DNA of 21,772 bases from NCBI GenBank assembly GCA_945861645.1, contig CAMAVZ010000029.1, forward strand, positions 1-21,772, read 5' to 3'. Within the stretch, counting starts at the first letter, position 1, and each line of letters begins with the position of its first letter. Below, piece by piece: positions 1 to 8,737 of the stretch. The notes beneath the pieces are model-generated. The model searched no databases and was not told the origin of the DNA. It saw only the letters and a list, made by a program, of their open reading frames with translations. The translations under genes were made by a program, and so were the position numbers. The stretch is from Opitutus sp. GAS368. GTDB lineage: Bacteria; Verrucomicrobiota; Verrucomicrobiia; Opitutales; Opitutaceae.

Positions 1-591
1 TTGTTCGAGGCGGGTTAACGCCACGCCGAGACCGTCACCGATGGCGGTCCCGTCCTCAATCAGACCAATTTTGAGGCGTTCGATTTGGCGAGCGAGCCAG
101 TCATGATCAAAGGTCAGCGGAGCCAGGGTGTAGGCTCGGCCAGAAAAAACGACGAGGCCGATGCGATCGCTCGCGCGCTGAGAAATAAATGCCTGAATCA
201 CCGGCTTGATCGCTTGCAGGCGATTCAGCCGATCGCCATCGCGCTCGTAATCTTCCGCTAACATTGAGCCTGAAAGATCGATGGCTAGCATGAGGTCGTA
301 GCCTTGCTGTTTAACTTCCCGTTTGTCTTCCACGATTTGGGGTCGCGCCAGCGCGATGATGAGCAGCACGAGTCCAAGCATGGCCAGGGCGGCGGGCCAG
401 CGGGAGGTCGGAATTAAAGCAGGGCGATGCCAAGCTGCGGCAAAAGGCACGATCAATACTGGTGCCCCACGGCGTCCGCGCAACCAGATTAACAACGGTA
501 ACCAGAGCAGAGCTAGCAACCAGAGCGGATCGTGAAAAGTATAGCCTTCAAACAGGGCCAAGGGTGCGGTGAAAAGGGGGCGGGTGATCAT
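1..591 (-). CDS. vWA-domain protein, BatA-like (3' end truncated by the window edge)
   Basis: Hand translation from ATG at 591: MITRPLF...FHDPLWLLALLWLPLLIW...LLIIALARPQ...LAIDLSGSM (MIDAS DxSxS)...DRIGLVVFSGRAYTLAPLTFDH...GTAIGDGLGVAL. Follows moxR-DUF58. Not in the ORF track because it has no stop in the window. Confidence 0.92.
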   Translation of the reverse strand, partial: MITRPLFTAPLALFEGYTFHDPLWLLALLWLPLLIWLRGRRGAPVLIVPFAAAWHRPALIPTSRWPAALAMLGLVLLIIALARPQIVEDKREVKQQGYDLMLAIDLSGSMLAEDYERDGDRLNRLQAIKPVIQAFISQRASDRIGLVVFSGRAYTLAPLTFDHDWLARQIERLKIGLIEDGTAIGDGLGVALTRLEQ

Positions 592-610
592 CTGCAGTGG
601 ATTTTTAACT

Positions 611-1537
611 TCAGCGTTTCTTGCCCGCCGCCATACGGGCGTGGAAAAAGCGCACGAGCGCGTCGAGGCGCGATTCATGCGTGCCGACCACCAGCCGACT
701 CAGCGGTGCCGGAAAAATAGCGCGGAAGGCGGCGTCGCGTTGTTGGCCCCAAGCCGCGTGCGCGGTGCGTTGGGCGGTCGTCGCCCCGTTGAGCGTCACG
801 ATTCGGCCGGCCACGGGATCGTAGGTGGTCAGGACCTGGTCGTTGGGTAGCTCGCGCTCCCACGGGTCGTCGACACGGAAGCCCATCGTCTGGTAGCGCC
901 GCGATAGGACGCTCCAGCCCTCGGGTTCGACGCGCGGCGGAAAATCGCTGAGCCAAATCATGATACTGTGCCGGGGGGCTGCTTTAGCAAGGAGCCGCCA
1001 AGGCAGGAAGGAATTCTCAGTTGGTGATTCACGATTTTCGATCGTAGGAGCGGGTTGGCCCAGGAGGGTGGCCGCCGCGTGCAGAATTTGTCCACGGCCA
1101 TGGACTGGTTCCTTTAAAGTGTAGCCCGCCGGGGAGGCGTAGAGGAAACCTACGCGGTCGCGATTGACGGCGCCCAGCATCATGACGAGCCCAGCAAGTT
1201 CGAGGAGGGCGGCGCGTTTAGTTTGGGCGCCAGATCCAAATTGCAGGCTGACGCTATCTTCAAAAACAAGGAGCAGCGAAACTTCGCGCTCTTCGATAAA
1301 TTTTTTGCGATACGGTTCCCCGAGCCGAGCGGTGACGTTCCAGTCGATGTCGCGAATATCGTCGCCGAAAGTATATTTAACCACTTGGTCAAACTCCATG
1401 CCCCGACCGCGAAAAGCGGAACGATATTCGCCGCTGAGTACATTCTCGACGGCGTGACGCACGCGCCATTCGAGCTGCTTGAGCAGCGCGAGCTGGGAGG
1501 TAACCAGCGAGGTGGGATTAGGCGTGGGAACAGACAT
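611..1537 (-). CDS. DUF58 family protein (MoxR-associated, vWA-like)
   Basis: Motifs GEYRSAFRGRGMEFDQV, YTFGDDIRDIDWNVTAR, FIEERE, SDF. Lies between moxR and the vWA gene. Confidence 0.95.
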   Translation of the reverse strand: MSVPTPNPTSLVTSQLALLKQLEWRVRHAVENVLSGEYRSAFRGRGMEFDQVVKYTFGDDIRDIDWNVTARLGEPYRKKFIEEREVSLLLVFEDSVSLQFGSGAQTKRAALLELAGLVMMLGAVNRDRVGFLYASPAGYTLKEPVHGRGQILHAAATLLGQPAPTIENRESPTENSFLPWRLLAKAAPRHSIMIWLSDFPPRVEPEGWSVLSRRYQTMGFRVDDPWERELPNDQVLTTYDPVAGRIVTLNGATTAQRTAHAAWGQQRDAAFRAIFPAPLSRLVVGTHESRLDALVRFFHARMAAGKKR

Positions 1538-1615
1538 GGAGCGGACTGGGTCGGGAGGCCGAGTTTTCTGCTGAGCCGCGGCTCGTCAGGCGTAACTCGT
1601 CTTCCCCGCGTAAGA

Positions 1616-2587
1616 TCAGGCCTTGGCTGGAACCGCCGTGCGATTGAGCACCTGATCGAGAATTTTATCGGGGCTCAGACCTTCGGCTTCGGCTTCGTAC
1701 GTGAGGCCCACGCGATGGCGGAGGGCATCGTGGAAGATTTCTTGAATCAGGTCGGGCGAAACGTAATCAGCGCCGCGCAGCCAAGCGAGGCCGCGACCGG
1801 CCTGGAAGAGGGCGAGCGAAGCGCGGGGGGAAGCGCCGAAATTGAGTAATCGTTTGCTACTCCCGCCTTCAGCTTGGGCGGCGAGGTCACGCGAGCCCCG
1901 CACCAGAGCGAGAATATAAGCATGCACGGCCGGAGAGACGTGAATCGCATCAACTTGCGTGCGGAGCTCGAGCAGCTCTTCGCCGCTCGAAACCGCCTTC
2001 ACTTCAGGTTGCTTGGTGACCTGGCCCCACATTTGCATCATCGATGATTCCTCGGCGGCTGAGGGATAATCCACGAGCAGTTTAAAAAGAAAACGATCGG
2101 TCTGCGCTTCTGGGAGCGGATAGGTGCCCTCTTGCTCGACGGGATTCTGCGTCGCCATGACGAAGAAAGGCCGCGGGAGTTTATGGGAATTGCCGCCGAT
2201 AGTGACTTGCCGTTCCTGCATGGCCTCGAGGAGGGCCGATTGCACTTTAGCCGGCGCTCGGTTGATTTCATCCGCCAAAACCAAATTGGCAAAGATGGGG
2301 CCCTTATGCGTGGCGAAACCGCCATCCTTGGGCGAAAAAATCATGGTGCCGACCACGTCACTGGGGAGCAGATCGGGGGTGAATTGAACGCGCTCGAATT
2401 GGACCCCGAGAGCGGAGCCGAGCGACTTGATGAGGAGCGTCTTGGCTAAGCCCGGCATGCCCTCCAGCAGTACGTGGCCGTTGGCGAGCAGGGCGACCAG
2501 CATGCGTTCGATGACGACATGCTGGCCGATCACTGCCTGGCCGATTTCGTTGCGAAGTTTCAGGGACCAGTCGGGACCGTTAATCAT
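1616..2587 (-). CDS. moxR: MoxR family AAA+ ATPase
   Basis: GHVLLEGMPGLAKT (Walker A), RVQFTPDLLPSD, LADEINRAPAKVQSALLEAMQE, ATQNPVEQEGTYPLPEAQTDRF, GASPRA. Confidence 0.97.
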   Translation of the reverse strand: MINGPDWSLKLRNEIGQAVIGQHVVIERMLVALLANGHVLLEGMPGLAKTLLIKSLGSALGVQFERVQFTPDLLPSDVVGTMIFSPKDGGFATHKGPIFANLVLADEINRAPAKVQSALLEAMQERQVTIGGNSHKLPRPFFVMATQNPVEQEGTYPLPEAQTDRFLFKLLVDYPSAAEESSMMQMWGQVTKQPEVKAVSSGEELLELRTQVDAIHVSPAVHAYILALVRGSRDLAAQAEGGSSKRLLNFGASPRASLALFQAGRGLAWLRGADYVSPDLIQEIFHDALRHRVGLTYEAEAEGLSPDKILDQVLNRTAVPAKA

Positions 2588-2828
2588 GGGAAGGGAGTTA
2601 GCAGGGGGAGGGGAAAAGTGACAAGTGAAGATGCGCGATTATTGTGCAATCAGGCGGTTGGGTGACGGAACAGATCAGACTGCAAAAAGGGCTCAGGGTT
2701 GCAGGATATAGCAGTGAAAAAATAAAAAAATCACGGTAAATTGAGCGGAGAACTGCGCGGCAGGCGGCGACTTGGGTCGATCAAGGTTTGGCGTATCTTT
2801 TTCGATCGATTTGTGGCTAAACTCCTCG

Positions 2829-3236
2829 ATGGGCAATTTTCCTGATACCTTAAGCGCATCGGTGCAGGCGCGTTTGACCGCTTTGGGGGTCCGGGCGGAA
2901 GACGTGACCGAGCAATTCATTCGCGGCACTGGGGCCGGTGGGCAGAAAATCAACAAAACCTCCTCAACGGTCTGGCTGCAGCATCGACCGACGGGGGTCG
3001 TGGTGCGGTGTCAGCGAGAGCGCAGCCAGAGTGTAAATCGGCTGCTCGCTTGGAGCGAATTAGCGGAGAAACTAACTGAACTTAGGGCGAAGGCTGGGCG
3101 GCAGGCGCAAGCCTCACGGGAACTCGTGCGGCGGCAGCTTCGGCAGAAATCTCGGGGGCAGAAGGCGCGGATGATCGAGGGAAAAAAGCATCGCGCGAAA
3201 ACAAAATCACGCCGTAGCCGGCCCGGTGAGGATTAG
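2829..3236 (+). CDS. Short peptide chain release factor-like protein (GGQ domain plus basic tail; ArfB/C12orf65-like ribosome rescue hydrolase)
   Basis: EQFIRGTGAGGQKINKTSSTVWLQHRPTG...CQRERSQSVNR and a Lys/Arg-rich C-terminus. ATG at 2829 preferred over the TTG at 2772. Confidence 0.9.
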   Translation: MGNFPDTLSASVQARLTALGVRAEDVTEQFIRGTGAGGQKINKTSSTVWLQHRPTGVVVRCQRERSQSVNRLLAWSELAEKLTELRAKAGRQAQASRELVRRQLRQKSRGQKARMIEGKKHRAKTKSRRSRPGED

Positions 3237-3296
3237 TGCAGTAGAATGCGGCGACCAGCCGCTCGCTTATATTAGGCCCTAGCTCAGGCGGGTTGA

Positions 3297-3575
3297 TTAT
3301 TTCCGAAAAAATGAAATCAGCGTGATCACGCAGCCCGTGACCCCGGCGAGGTTAGCTATCAGCGGCAGCCTTCGCTCCAACCAATCGGGGGATTGACCGG
3401 CGGGCTCGCTCTCCCCTAGTTGGCGCGTATGGAGCCAATGCTGGTGACGCAGCGCGCTCGCCCGGCGATTGCTGCGCACAAAGCCCTGCAGGATAATGCC
3501 GATCATAATGAGGGCGACGCCGATCGCCAGCAGGCTCTCCGCGGTGGTAAAATCGGACCAGGGATTTTGGTTCAT
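3297..3575 (-). CDS. Small hypothetical membrane protein with two predicted TM helices
   Basis: ATG start, 92 aa, two hydrophobic stretches (LLAIGVALIMIGIILQGFV; LPLIANLAGVTGCVITLISFF). Fills the gap downstream of the MOSC gene. Confidence 0.65.
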   Translation of the reverse strand: MNQNPWSDFTTAESLLAIGVALIMIGIILQGFVRSNRRASALRHQHWLHTRQLGESEPAGQSPDWLERRLPLIANLAGVTGCVITLISFFRK

Positions 3576-3606
3576 CGAGAAATTTTTTTTGTTCTGGGCG
3601 TCATGT

Positions 3607-4434
3607 TTATGGCATGACGATTACCCGATCACCGACGCGTAAAATCCCCCGCTTGGTTTCATTGATAAAATTAACGCCAAAATTAATCTTCGTGGAGTCG
3701 GTGGGATCGCGCCGATAGGCGGCGAGCGTGGGGAGCGGTTCAAGGCCGCGCTCGGCGGTGAGCTGATCTACGGTTGTAACCGTACAGCGTGCGCAGGGGC
3801 CCGCGTGGCGGAGGGCAACATCGTTGATCGTCAGCCGAAGCCAGCCATCCTCGGCAAGCGCCGCGCATCCACTCACCACTAAATTGGGGCGAAAGCGATT
3901 CATCGGTAGGGGGTCTTGTTGTTGTGCGATGAGCCGATCATTAAGCTGAGCGAGTGAGCCTTCGCTGATCATAAGCACCGGATAGCCGTCGGCAAACGAT
4001 ACGGCGTCATCGGCTGGTCCACGGTGGGATTTAATGGGCCGGTGAAATGCCGTTCCCATGCGCACGAGTCGCACGGGTTGTCCGAGGAAACGGGTGAGCC
4101 ACTCGGCGGCCGCGTCATCGCAATCATCGGCGATGGCGGCATGAGACCAGACCGTAACTTTTCGAGGGGTGATCGTCCCGCACGTAAAGCGGGGCACGCT
4201 GACCTCCCTCTGATTTGGCGAAGAAAGAATCAGGGTGTCGGCGCTGAGGGTCGTTTCAATCAGCGCCATGCGCGGATGGGTGCGCTGGGTGATAAATTGA
4301 CCATCCGCGGCATTCACCACCATGAAGCGTCGATCCCCCACGAGACCAAAGGCGTCGATGGCCGCCGAGGTCACGCTGAGTCCGCGGCAAGACTTAACGG
4401 GGTACAGATGAAGAGCGGAGAGCTGCACAGGCAC
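3607..4434 (-). CDS. MOSC domain protein (YcbX/mARC-like: MOSC_N plus MOSC, no ferredoxin domain)
   Basis: LYPVKSCRG, GDRRFMVV, FADGYP, RFRPNLVVSG, EDGW, PCARC (Moco Cys), FGVN, GILRVGD. Confidence 0.93.
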   Translation of the reverse strand: MPVQLSALHLYPVKSCRGLSVTSAAIDAFGLVGDRRFMVVNAADGQFITQRTHPRMALIETTLSADTLILSSPNQREVSVPRFTCGTITPRKVTVWSHAAIADDCDDAAAEWLTRFLGQPVRLVRMGTAFHRPIKSHRGPADDAVSFADGYPVLMISEGSLAQLNDRLIAQQQDPLPMNRFRPNLVVSGCAALAEDGWLRLTINDVALRHAGPCARCTVTTVDQLTAERGLEPLPTLAAYRRDPTDSTKINFGVNFINETKRGILRVGDRVIVMP

Positions 4435-4475
4435 AAAAAAGGTAAGTCGAGAGACGCGGCCGCGGCCGCACTAGG

Positions 4476-4850
4476 TTAGGCGTTAGCCGGAAGATCTTTG
4501 CGGTGATAATTGACGAGATAGATCTGCTGATCCTTGCCGGTCGAAAATTTCTCTGGGCGGACGCCGCTGAGCCCGTAGCAGATGGAAAGCGCGCCCCCGG
4601 CAAATTTAAAAATAGCGGGAATATCTCGACCCGCATTGGGGCCGGTGACGCCATGTAAGGTTAAGCCGGCCGGCTCGATCGTGTAGGTGCCTTGATCCGC
4701 GGTGACGCCACCAAAGCGCACGGCATATTCTCCGCCAGTTAGTTCCAGCTCCATTTTATCGAGCATCATTTTGGGGGCCTCTTCGCCGTCGAGTTCGGCG
4801 TACAGCGGTTGCCAAATGCCTTCGGGTGATTGCATGGAGTGATTGGCCAC
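4476..4850 (-). CDS. TIGR03067-domain protein (PVC-typical); start may be ATG at 4835
   Basis: EGIWQPLYAELDGEE...GTYTI...GPNAGRDIPAIFKFAGGALSICY...RPEKFST pattern. Confidence 0.75.
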   Translation of the reverse strand: MANHSMQSPEGIWQPLYAELDGEEAPKMMLDKMELELTGGEYAVRFGGVTADQGTYTIEPAGLTLHGVTGPNAGRDIPAIFKFAGGALSICYGLSGVRPEKFSTGKDQQIYLVNYHRKDLPANA

Positions 4851-4911
4851 AAAAAAGCCGCGAAAGTCACGATCAGAAAATTTAGACTAGGCCCAAGTGG
4901 CCGGTCTTATT

Positions 4912-6204
4912 TCAACTGCGCTTAGTGATTTCGCGCGGAGTTGTTTCAATCAGGGTGGGCTCGATGATCTCCTTCACGCCTTTGGCGCCGAGTTCTAAGA
5001 ATTTACGTGACCCGGGAAGGAGCGTGCCTTCGTAGGCCCCCACGGCTGAATTATACGATTTGCTGGCGGTCTCGAGGCTGCGGCCTATTTTCTCGAGATG
5101 TTCAGCGAAGCCTTTAATGCGATCGTAGAGTTGCCGCCCAAGGTCGGCGATTTCGTCGGCATTTTTTGAAACCGCTTCTTGGCGCCAACCGTAAGCCGCT
5201 GCCTTAAGGAGCGCGATGAGGGTCGCCGGGGTGGCCAGCAGAACTTTTTTGCTAATCGCTCGATCGATGAGATTCGGGTCACCTTGCAGGGCGCCGGCGA
5301 GGAATTGATCGCCCGGAAGAAATAGTACGACAAATTCTGGGGAAGGCTGAAATTGCGCCCAATAATCTTTGGCGCCGAGGGCATCAATATGGCCGCGAAC
5401 CTTGGCCGCGTGCTCCGCTAATTTGGCGGAACGAACCTGATCATCGGAGGAATTCACCGCTTCGCGATAGGCATCGTTCGGCGCTTTGGCATCGATGACC
5501 ACTTGCTGGCCACCGGGGAGTCGAACAATCAGATCAGGTCGAAAACCACCTGAAGTTTGTTGCTCCGTAAAATCACAGTAGGAACTCATCCCGGAGAGTT
5601 CGACCACGCGCCGGAGTTGCAGTTCGCCCCATGTGCCCGCGGTCGTGGTGGAGCGCAGGGCGGTGGTGAGTTTGGCGGCCTCGGCTTGCAGCGAGATTTG
5701 CGCGCTGCCGAGTGATTTTAACTGAGTGGAAAGTTCGCTGTAAGCGCCGGCGCGAGCTTTTTCGATTTCGCCAATCTTGGCGTCAACCTTCTCGAGAGAT
5801 TCCTTGAGTGGTTTGACGAGCGAGTCGATGGCCTGTTGGCGTTTACCCAGATCGTCGGCAGATTGCTGATGCAGTTTACCAAAAGTTTCGCGGGCCAGCT
5901 CGAGAAAGGATTGGTTATTGGAGCGGAGCGCATCGGCTGAGAGAGCCTTGAAGGAATTGGTCAGGCGCTCGTGAGCGTCAGTCAGCGCCCCAATTTTCTC
6001 GGTGGCCGCGGCCCGCTCAGCGGAGAGATCATTTTCAATTTTCGATTTTTTCGTCTCAAGGTCAGTCAAGCGCAGGCGGGCCGCCTCGAGGTCGAGGGTT
6101 AGAAGCCGGGCGCGTTCATTGGTGGCCGCGGCCCGCGCTTGGGCGATAAACCAGCCTAAAGCGACGCCGCAGGCGAGGCAGAGGAGCGCAGTAACCATTT
6201 CCAT
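4912..6204 (-). CDS. rmuC: DNA recombination protein RmuC
   Basis: N-terminal TM helix and coiled coil, then GTWGELQLRRVVELSGM, RPDLIVRLPG, IDAKAP, SPEFVVLFLPG, ATPATLIALLK..AYGWRQE. Confidence 0.95.
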   Translation of the reverse strand: MEMVTALLCLACGVALGWFIAQARAAATNERARLLTLDLEAARLRLTDLETKKSKIENDLSAERAAATEKIGALTDAHERLTNSFKALSADALRSNNQSFLELARETFGKLHQQSADDLGKRQQAIDSLVKPLKESLEKVDAKIGEIEKARAGAYSELSTQLKSLGSAQISLQAEAAKLTTALRSTTTAGTWGELQLRRVVELSGMSSYCDFTEQQTSGGFRPDLIVRLPGGQQVVIDAKAPNDAYREAVNSSDDQVRSAKLAEHAAKVRGHIDALGAKDYWAQFQPSPEFVVLFLPGDQFLAGALQGDPNLIDRAISKKVLLATPATLIALLKAAAYGWRQEAVSKNADEIADLGRQLYDRIKGFAEHLEKIGRSLETASKSYNSAVGAYEGTLLPGSRKFLELGAKGVKEIIEPTLIETTPREITKRS

Positions 6205-6247
6205 CTCGGCAGTGATAGCGGGAAACGTCGCGCGCGCAAGCTTGCCG

Positions 6248-7231
6248 CTATTTAGCGGCTACGCCGCGGGAAAACAGCTCAGTAATAATATCCTCAAGGG
6301 GGACATCTTGAATCGTCAGATCGTCTACCTGACCGAGCCCTAAAATTTGCTGGCAGACCGCGACGACTTGCTCACTGGGTACATGCAGTAGCATCTCGCC
6401 ATCATCACAAACTTTGGCTGTGCCGTGGGCCGGTTGCCAGCCGAGCGGCAAGGCCGCCTCGCGGGGCTTGAACTTGATGATGCGCTGCTGGGCGCCGGCG
6501 CCAGTGATGCGGTCGAGATCCCCGTCGTAGATTTTTTTGCCGCGATCGATCACGATCACGCGCTCGCACAAGGAGGTGATGTCAGCCATGTAGTGGCTGG
6601 TGAGCAGAATCGTGGTTTTGTAGCGTCGATTATAATCGCGCAGAAATTCGCGGACCGCCTTTTGCGAGACCACATCGAGACCGATGGTCGGTTCATCGAG
6701 AAAAAGCACGCGCGGGCGATGCAGGAGGGCGGCGATGAGCTCCATCTTCATGCGCTCCCCGAGGGATAATTCACGCACCATGACATTCAGTTTCGCGCCG
6801 ACGCCGAGCAAGGTGACGAGTTCATCGAGGGTGGCCTGATAAGCTTTCTGCTCGAGACCATAGATGGCGCGCAGGAGATAGAACGATTCGATGGCGGGTA
6901 GGTCCCACCAGAGTTGATTTTTCTGGCCGAGGACAATGGCGAAGAGGCGGCGGTATTCATTTTCGCGCTTGGACGGGTCGAAGCCTGCGACGCTAGCCCG
7001 GCCGCTGGTCGGATAAATTAACCCCGAGAGCATTTTGAGCGTCGTGGTTTTGCCGGCGCCATTCGGCCCGAGAAAACCGACGAACTCACCTTCTTTGATT
7101 GAGAAGCTGATATGGTCCGCGGCGCGCGTTTCCTCAAACTCGCGATGGAACAGTCCCTGCACGCCGCCCCAGAAGCCGGGCTTTTTTTTGTAAGTGCGGA
7201 AGACGCGGGTGAGATTTTCAACTTCGATCAT
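6248..7231 (-). CDS. ABC-2 type (NatA/DrrA-like) exporter ATP-binding subunit
   Basis: GPNGAGKTT, GQKNQLWWDLP, LSLGERMK, LFLDEPTIGLD, LTSHYM. Confidence 0.93.
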   Translation of the reverse strand: MIEVENLTRVFRTYKKKPGFWGGVQGLFHREFEETRAADHISFSIKEGEFVGFLGPNGAGKTTTLKMLSGLIYPTSGRASVAGFDPSKRENEYRRLFAIVLGQKNQLWWDLPAIESFYLLRAIYGLEQKAYQATLDELVTLLGVGAKLNVMVRELSLGERMKMELIAALLHRPRVLFLDEPTIGLDVVSQKAVREFLRDYNRRYKTTILLTSHYMADITSLCERVIVIDRGKKIYDGDLDRITGAGAQQRIIKFKPREAALPLGWQPAHGTAKVCDDGEMLLHVPSEQVVAVCQQILGLGQVDDLTIQDVPLEDIITELFSRGVAAK

Positions 7232-7340
7232 AAAGGTGGTCGGGGAGAGAGGCCGTAGCAGAAGCGGTTAGCGGCAGTAGAGTGTGGGGTGGCTTGGGTT
7301 ATTTCACCGTCAAATTAAGCGTGCCCCGTAACCCTCATTT

Positions 7341-8117
7341 TCAAGCATGACCAAGCCGGCGATAATCCAGCACGCTGTGGCTGATCAAGCCTTGCGCGAG
7401 GCAGCTGACGTCGGTCAAGGGGGCCGGCGGGGAGACATCATCGATTTTTCCCCAAAGGAGGCGGTGAGAGCCATCGTCCGCTTGGGGGCTGAATAAACCG
7501 GGAACGTGCACGTGAGCAGGGACGGTGCGTTGCACGGCGGTGTCGGGGCGGCAGGGGTAAGGAAAGTTTACGTTATGCACCGTGAAGCTATCGACGGGCG
7601 TGGCGGCAAAAAGTTCTGGGGCCATTCTCGCGGCATGAGCCGCCGAAGCTTTTAGCGTGGCCAGTAGCGCGGCATCAGGTGCCCCGCCTTTTTCCTTGAG
7701 ATGAGCATAGACTGTTTCCGCGATATCCTGAGAGACGGCCATGGCGGGTAATCCATGCAGAGCGCCTTCCCAGGCCCCCGCCACCGTGCCGCTGGCGAGA
7801 ATGAAGCCGAGCGAGCAATTGAAGCCTAGGTTAATACCGCTGATCACTCCCGCCACTGGCTCGGGCAGGAGATGAGCTAGGGCAATATTAACACAATCGG
7901 AAGGCGTGCCATCAACGGTCCAGGTGGGGCAGCCAAAACCGCGGTCGACGACGCTCGATTTTACTGGCCGGTTGCGCGTCTTGGAAGCACCGGACCAGCT
8001 TTGTTCCGTGGCGGGGGCGACGACAGAGAGCTGGTGACCCGCGGCCTTAAGCGCGAAAATTAATTCATGCAGAAATGCTGAACCGATGCCGTCGTCGTTG
8101 GTGACTAGGAGTTTCAT
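7341..8117 (-). CDS. surE: 5'/3'-nucleotidase SurE
   Basis: LVTNDDGI, VVAPATEQS, GTPSDCV, SGINLG.N, SGTVAGA.EG. Confidence 0.95.
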   Translation of the reverse strand: MKLLVTNDDGIGSAFLHELIFALKAAGHQLSVVAPATEQSWSGASKTRNRPVKSSVVDRGFGCPTWTVDGTPSDCVNIALAHLLPEPVAGVISGINLGFNCSLGFILASGTVAGAWEGALHGLPAMAVSQDIAETVYAHLKEKGGAPDAALLATLKASAAHAARMAPELFAATPVDSFTVHNVNFPYPCRPDTAVQRTVPAHVHVPGLFSPQADDGSHRLLWGKIDDVSPPAPLTDVSCLAQGLISHSVLDYRRLGHA

Positions 8118-8133
8118 GAAATAATCACCTGCT

Positions 8134-8631
8134 TTAGCGGTGATCGGCCTCCGCTTGCTTTATTTCAGCGGCGCGTTTGCGGCGCGACTCCGTCAACAAC
8201 CAGACCATATAGCCGACCACGACAAGATTTAGACCCAAAGCGCCGATGAGCGAGCCGGAGGGATTGCGGAAAAGCTCGTAAATTTCAAAGGGAAGGTAAA
8301 TGCCCCCGCTGAGTGCTGCGAGCCACTCAGCCCAGCGGCGTTCGTACCCCAGACCGAAAGCTTCCACCAAGCGCACCGTTGCATAAATCGCCGCCATGCC
8401 GGCGAACGCCCAGAGTTGAGAATTTTCCAGCCGTGCCATCGTATTAATAAAAATCTGCGGATAATAATGATCAGGATTGAGGTGCAATTGCCGGATAATT
8501 TGCTCGGCAAATAATTCATTATCGCGGTGCAGAAAACTTAAGAGCCCAAACCCAGCGATGAGCACAACGATTCCCTGCAAAGCCTCGATGAAAGCGACCG
8601 AACGAAGAGCTTGGTAGTGGGCGGGCGGCAC
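8134..8631 (-). CDS. DUF2127 family membrane protein
   Basis: LRSVAFIEALQG, LHLNPDHYYP, YATVRLVEAFGL, WAEWLAALSGGIYLPFEIYEL. GTG start at 8631 chosen because the longer ORF overlaps pnp and its terminator. Confidence 0.85.
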   Translation of the reverse strand: MPPAHYQALRSVAFIEALQGIVVLIAGFGLLSFLHRDNELFAEQIIRQLHLNPDHYYPQIFINTMARLENSQLWAFAGMAAIYATVRLVEAFGLGYERRWAEWLAALSGGIYLPFEIYELFRNPSGSLIGALGLNLVVVGYMVWLLTESRRKRAAEIKQAEADHR

Positions 8632-8665
8632 GAGTTCTTGAACGTAGGCACCTTTCGATTTTCGG

Positions 8666-8697
8666 AAAGAAAAAAGCCGCGACGGAGGTCGCGGCTT
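8666..8697 (-). terminator. Rho-independent terminator of pnp
   Basis: Minus strand AAGCCGCGAC-CTCC-GTCGCGGCTT, a perfect 10-bp stem, followed by TTTTCTTT about 40 nt after the pnp stop. Confidence 0.9.
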
Positions 8698-8737
8698 GAA
8701 AAAGAGCGGGCCTTTGGTCCTGAGGACCGGCCCGACC

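Noticed and set aside
2772-2828. Longer TTG start for the GGQ protein
   Set aside because: The extension looks like promoter DNA; ATG 2829 gives the typical size
8708-8733. Bulged hairpin GGGCC-TTT-GGTCC-TGA-GGACC-GGCCC after the pnp stop
   Set aside because: Single copy in the window, so a REP family cannot be supported; probably ordinary 3' UTR structure
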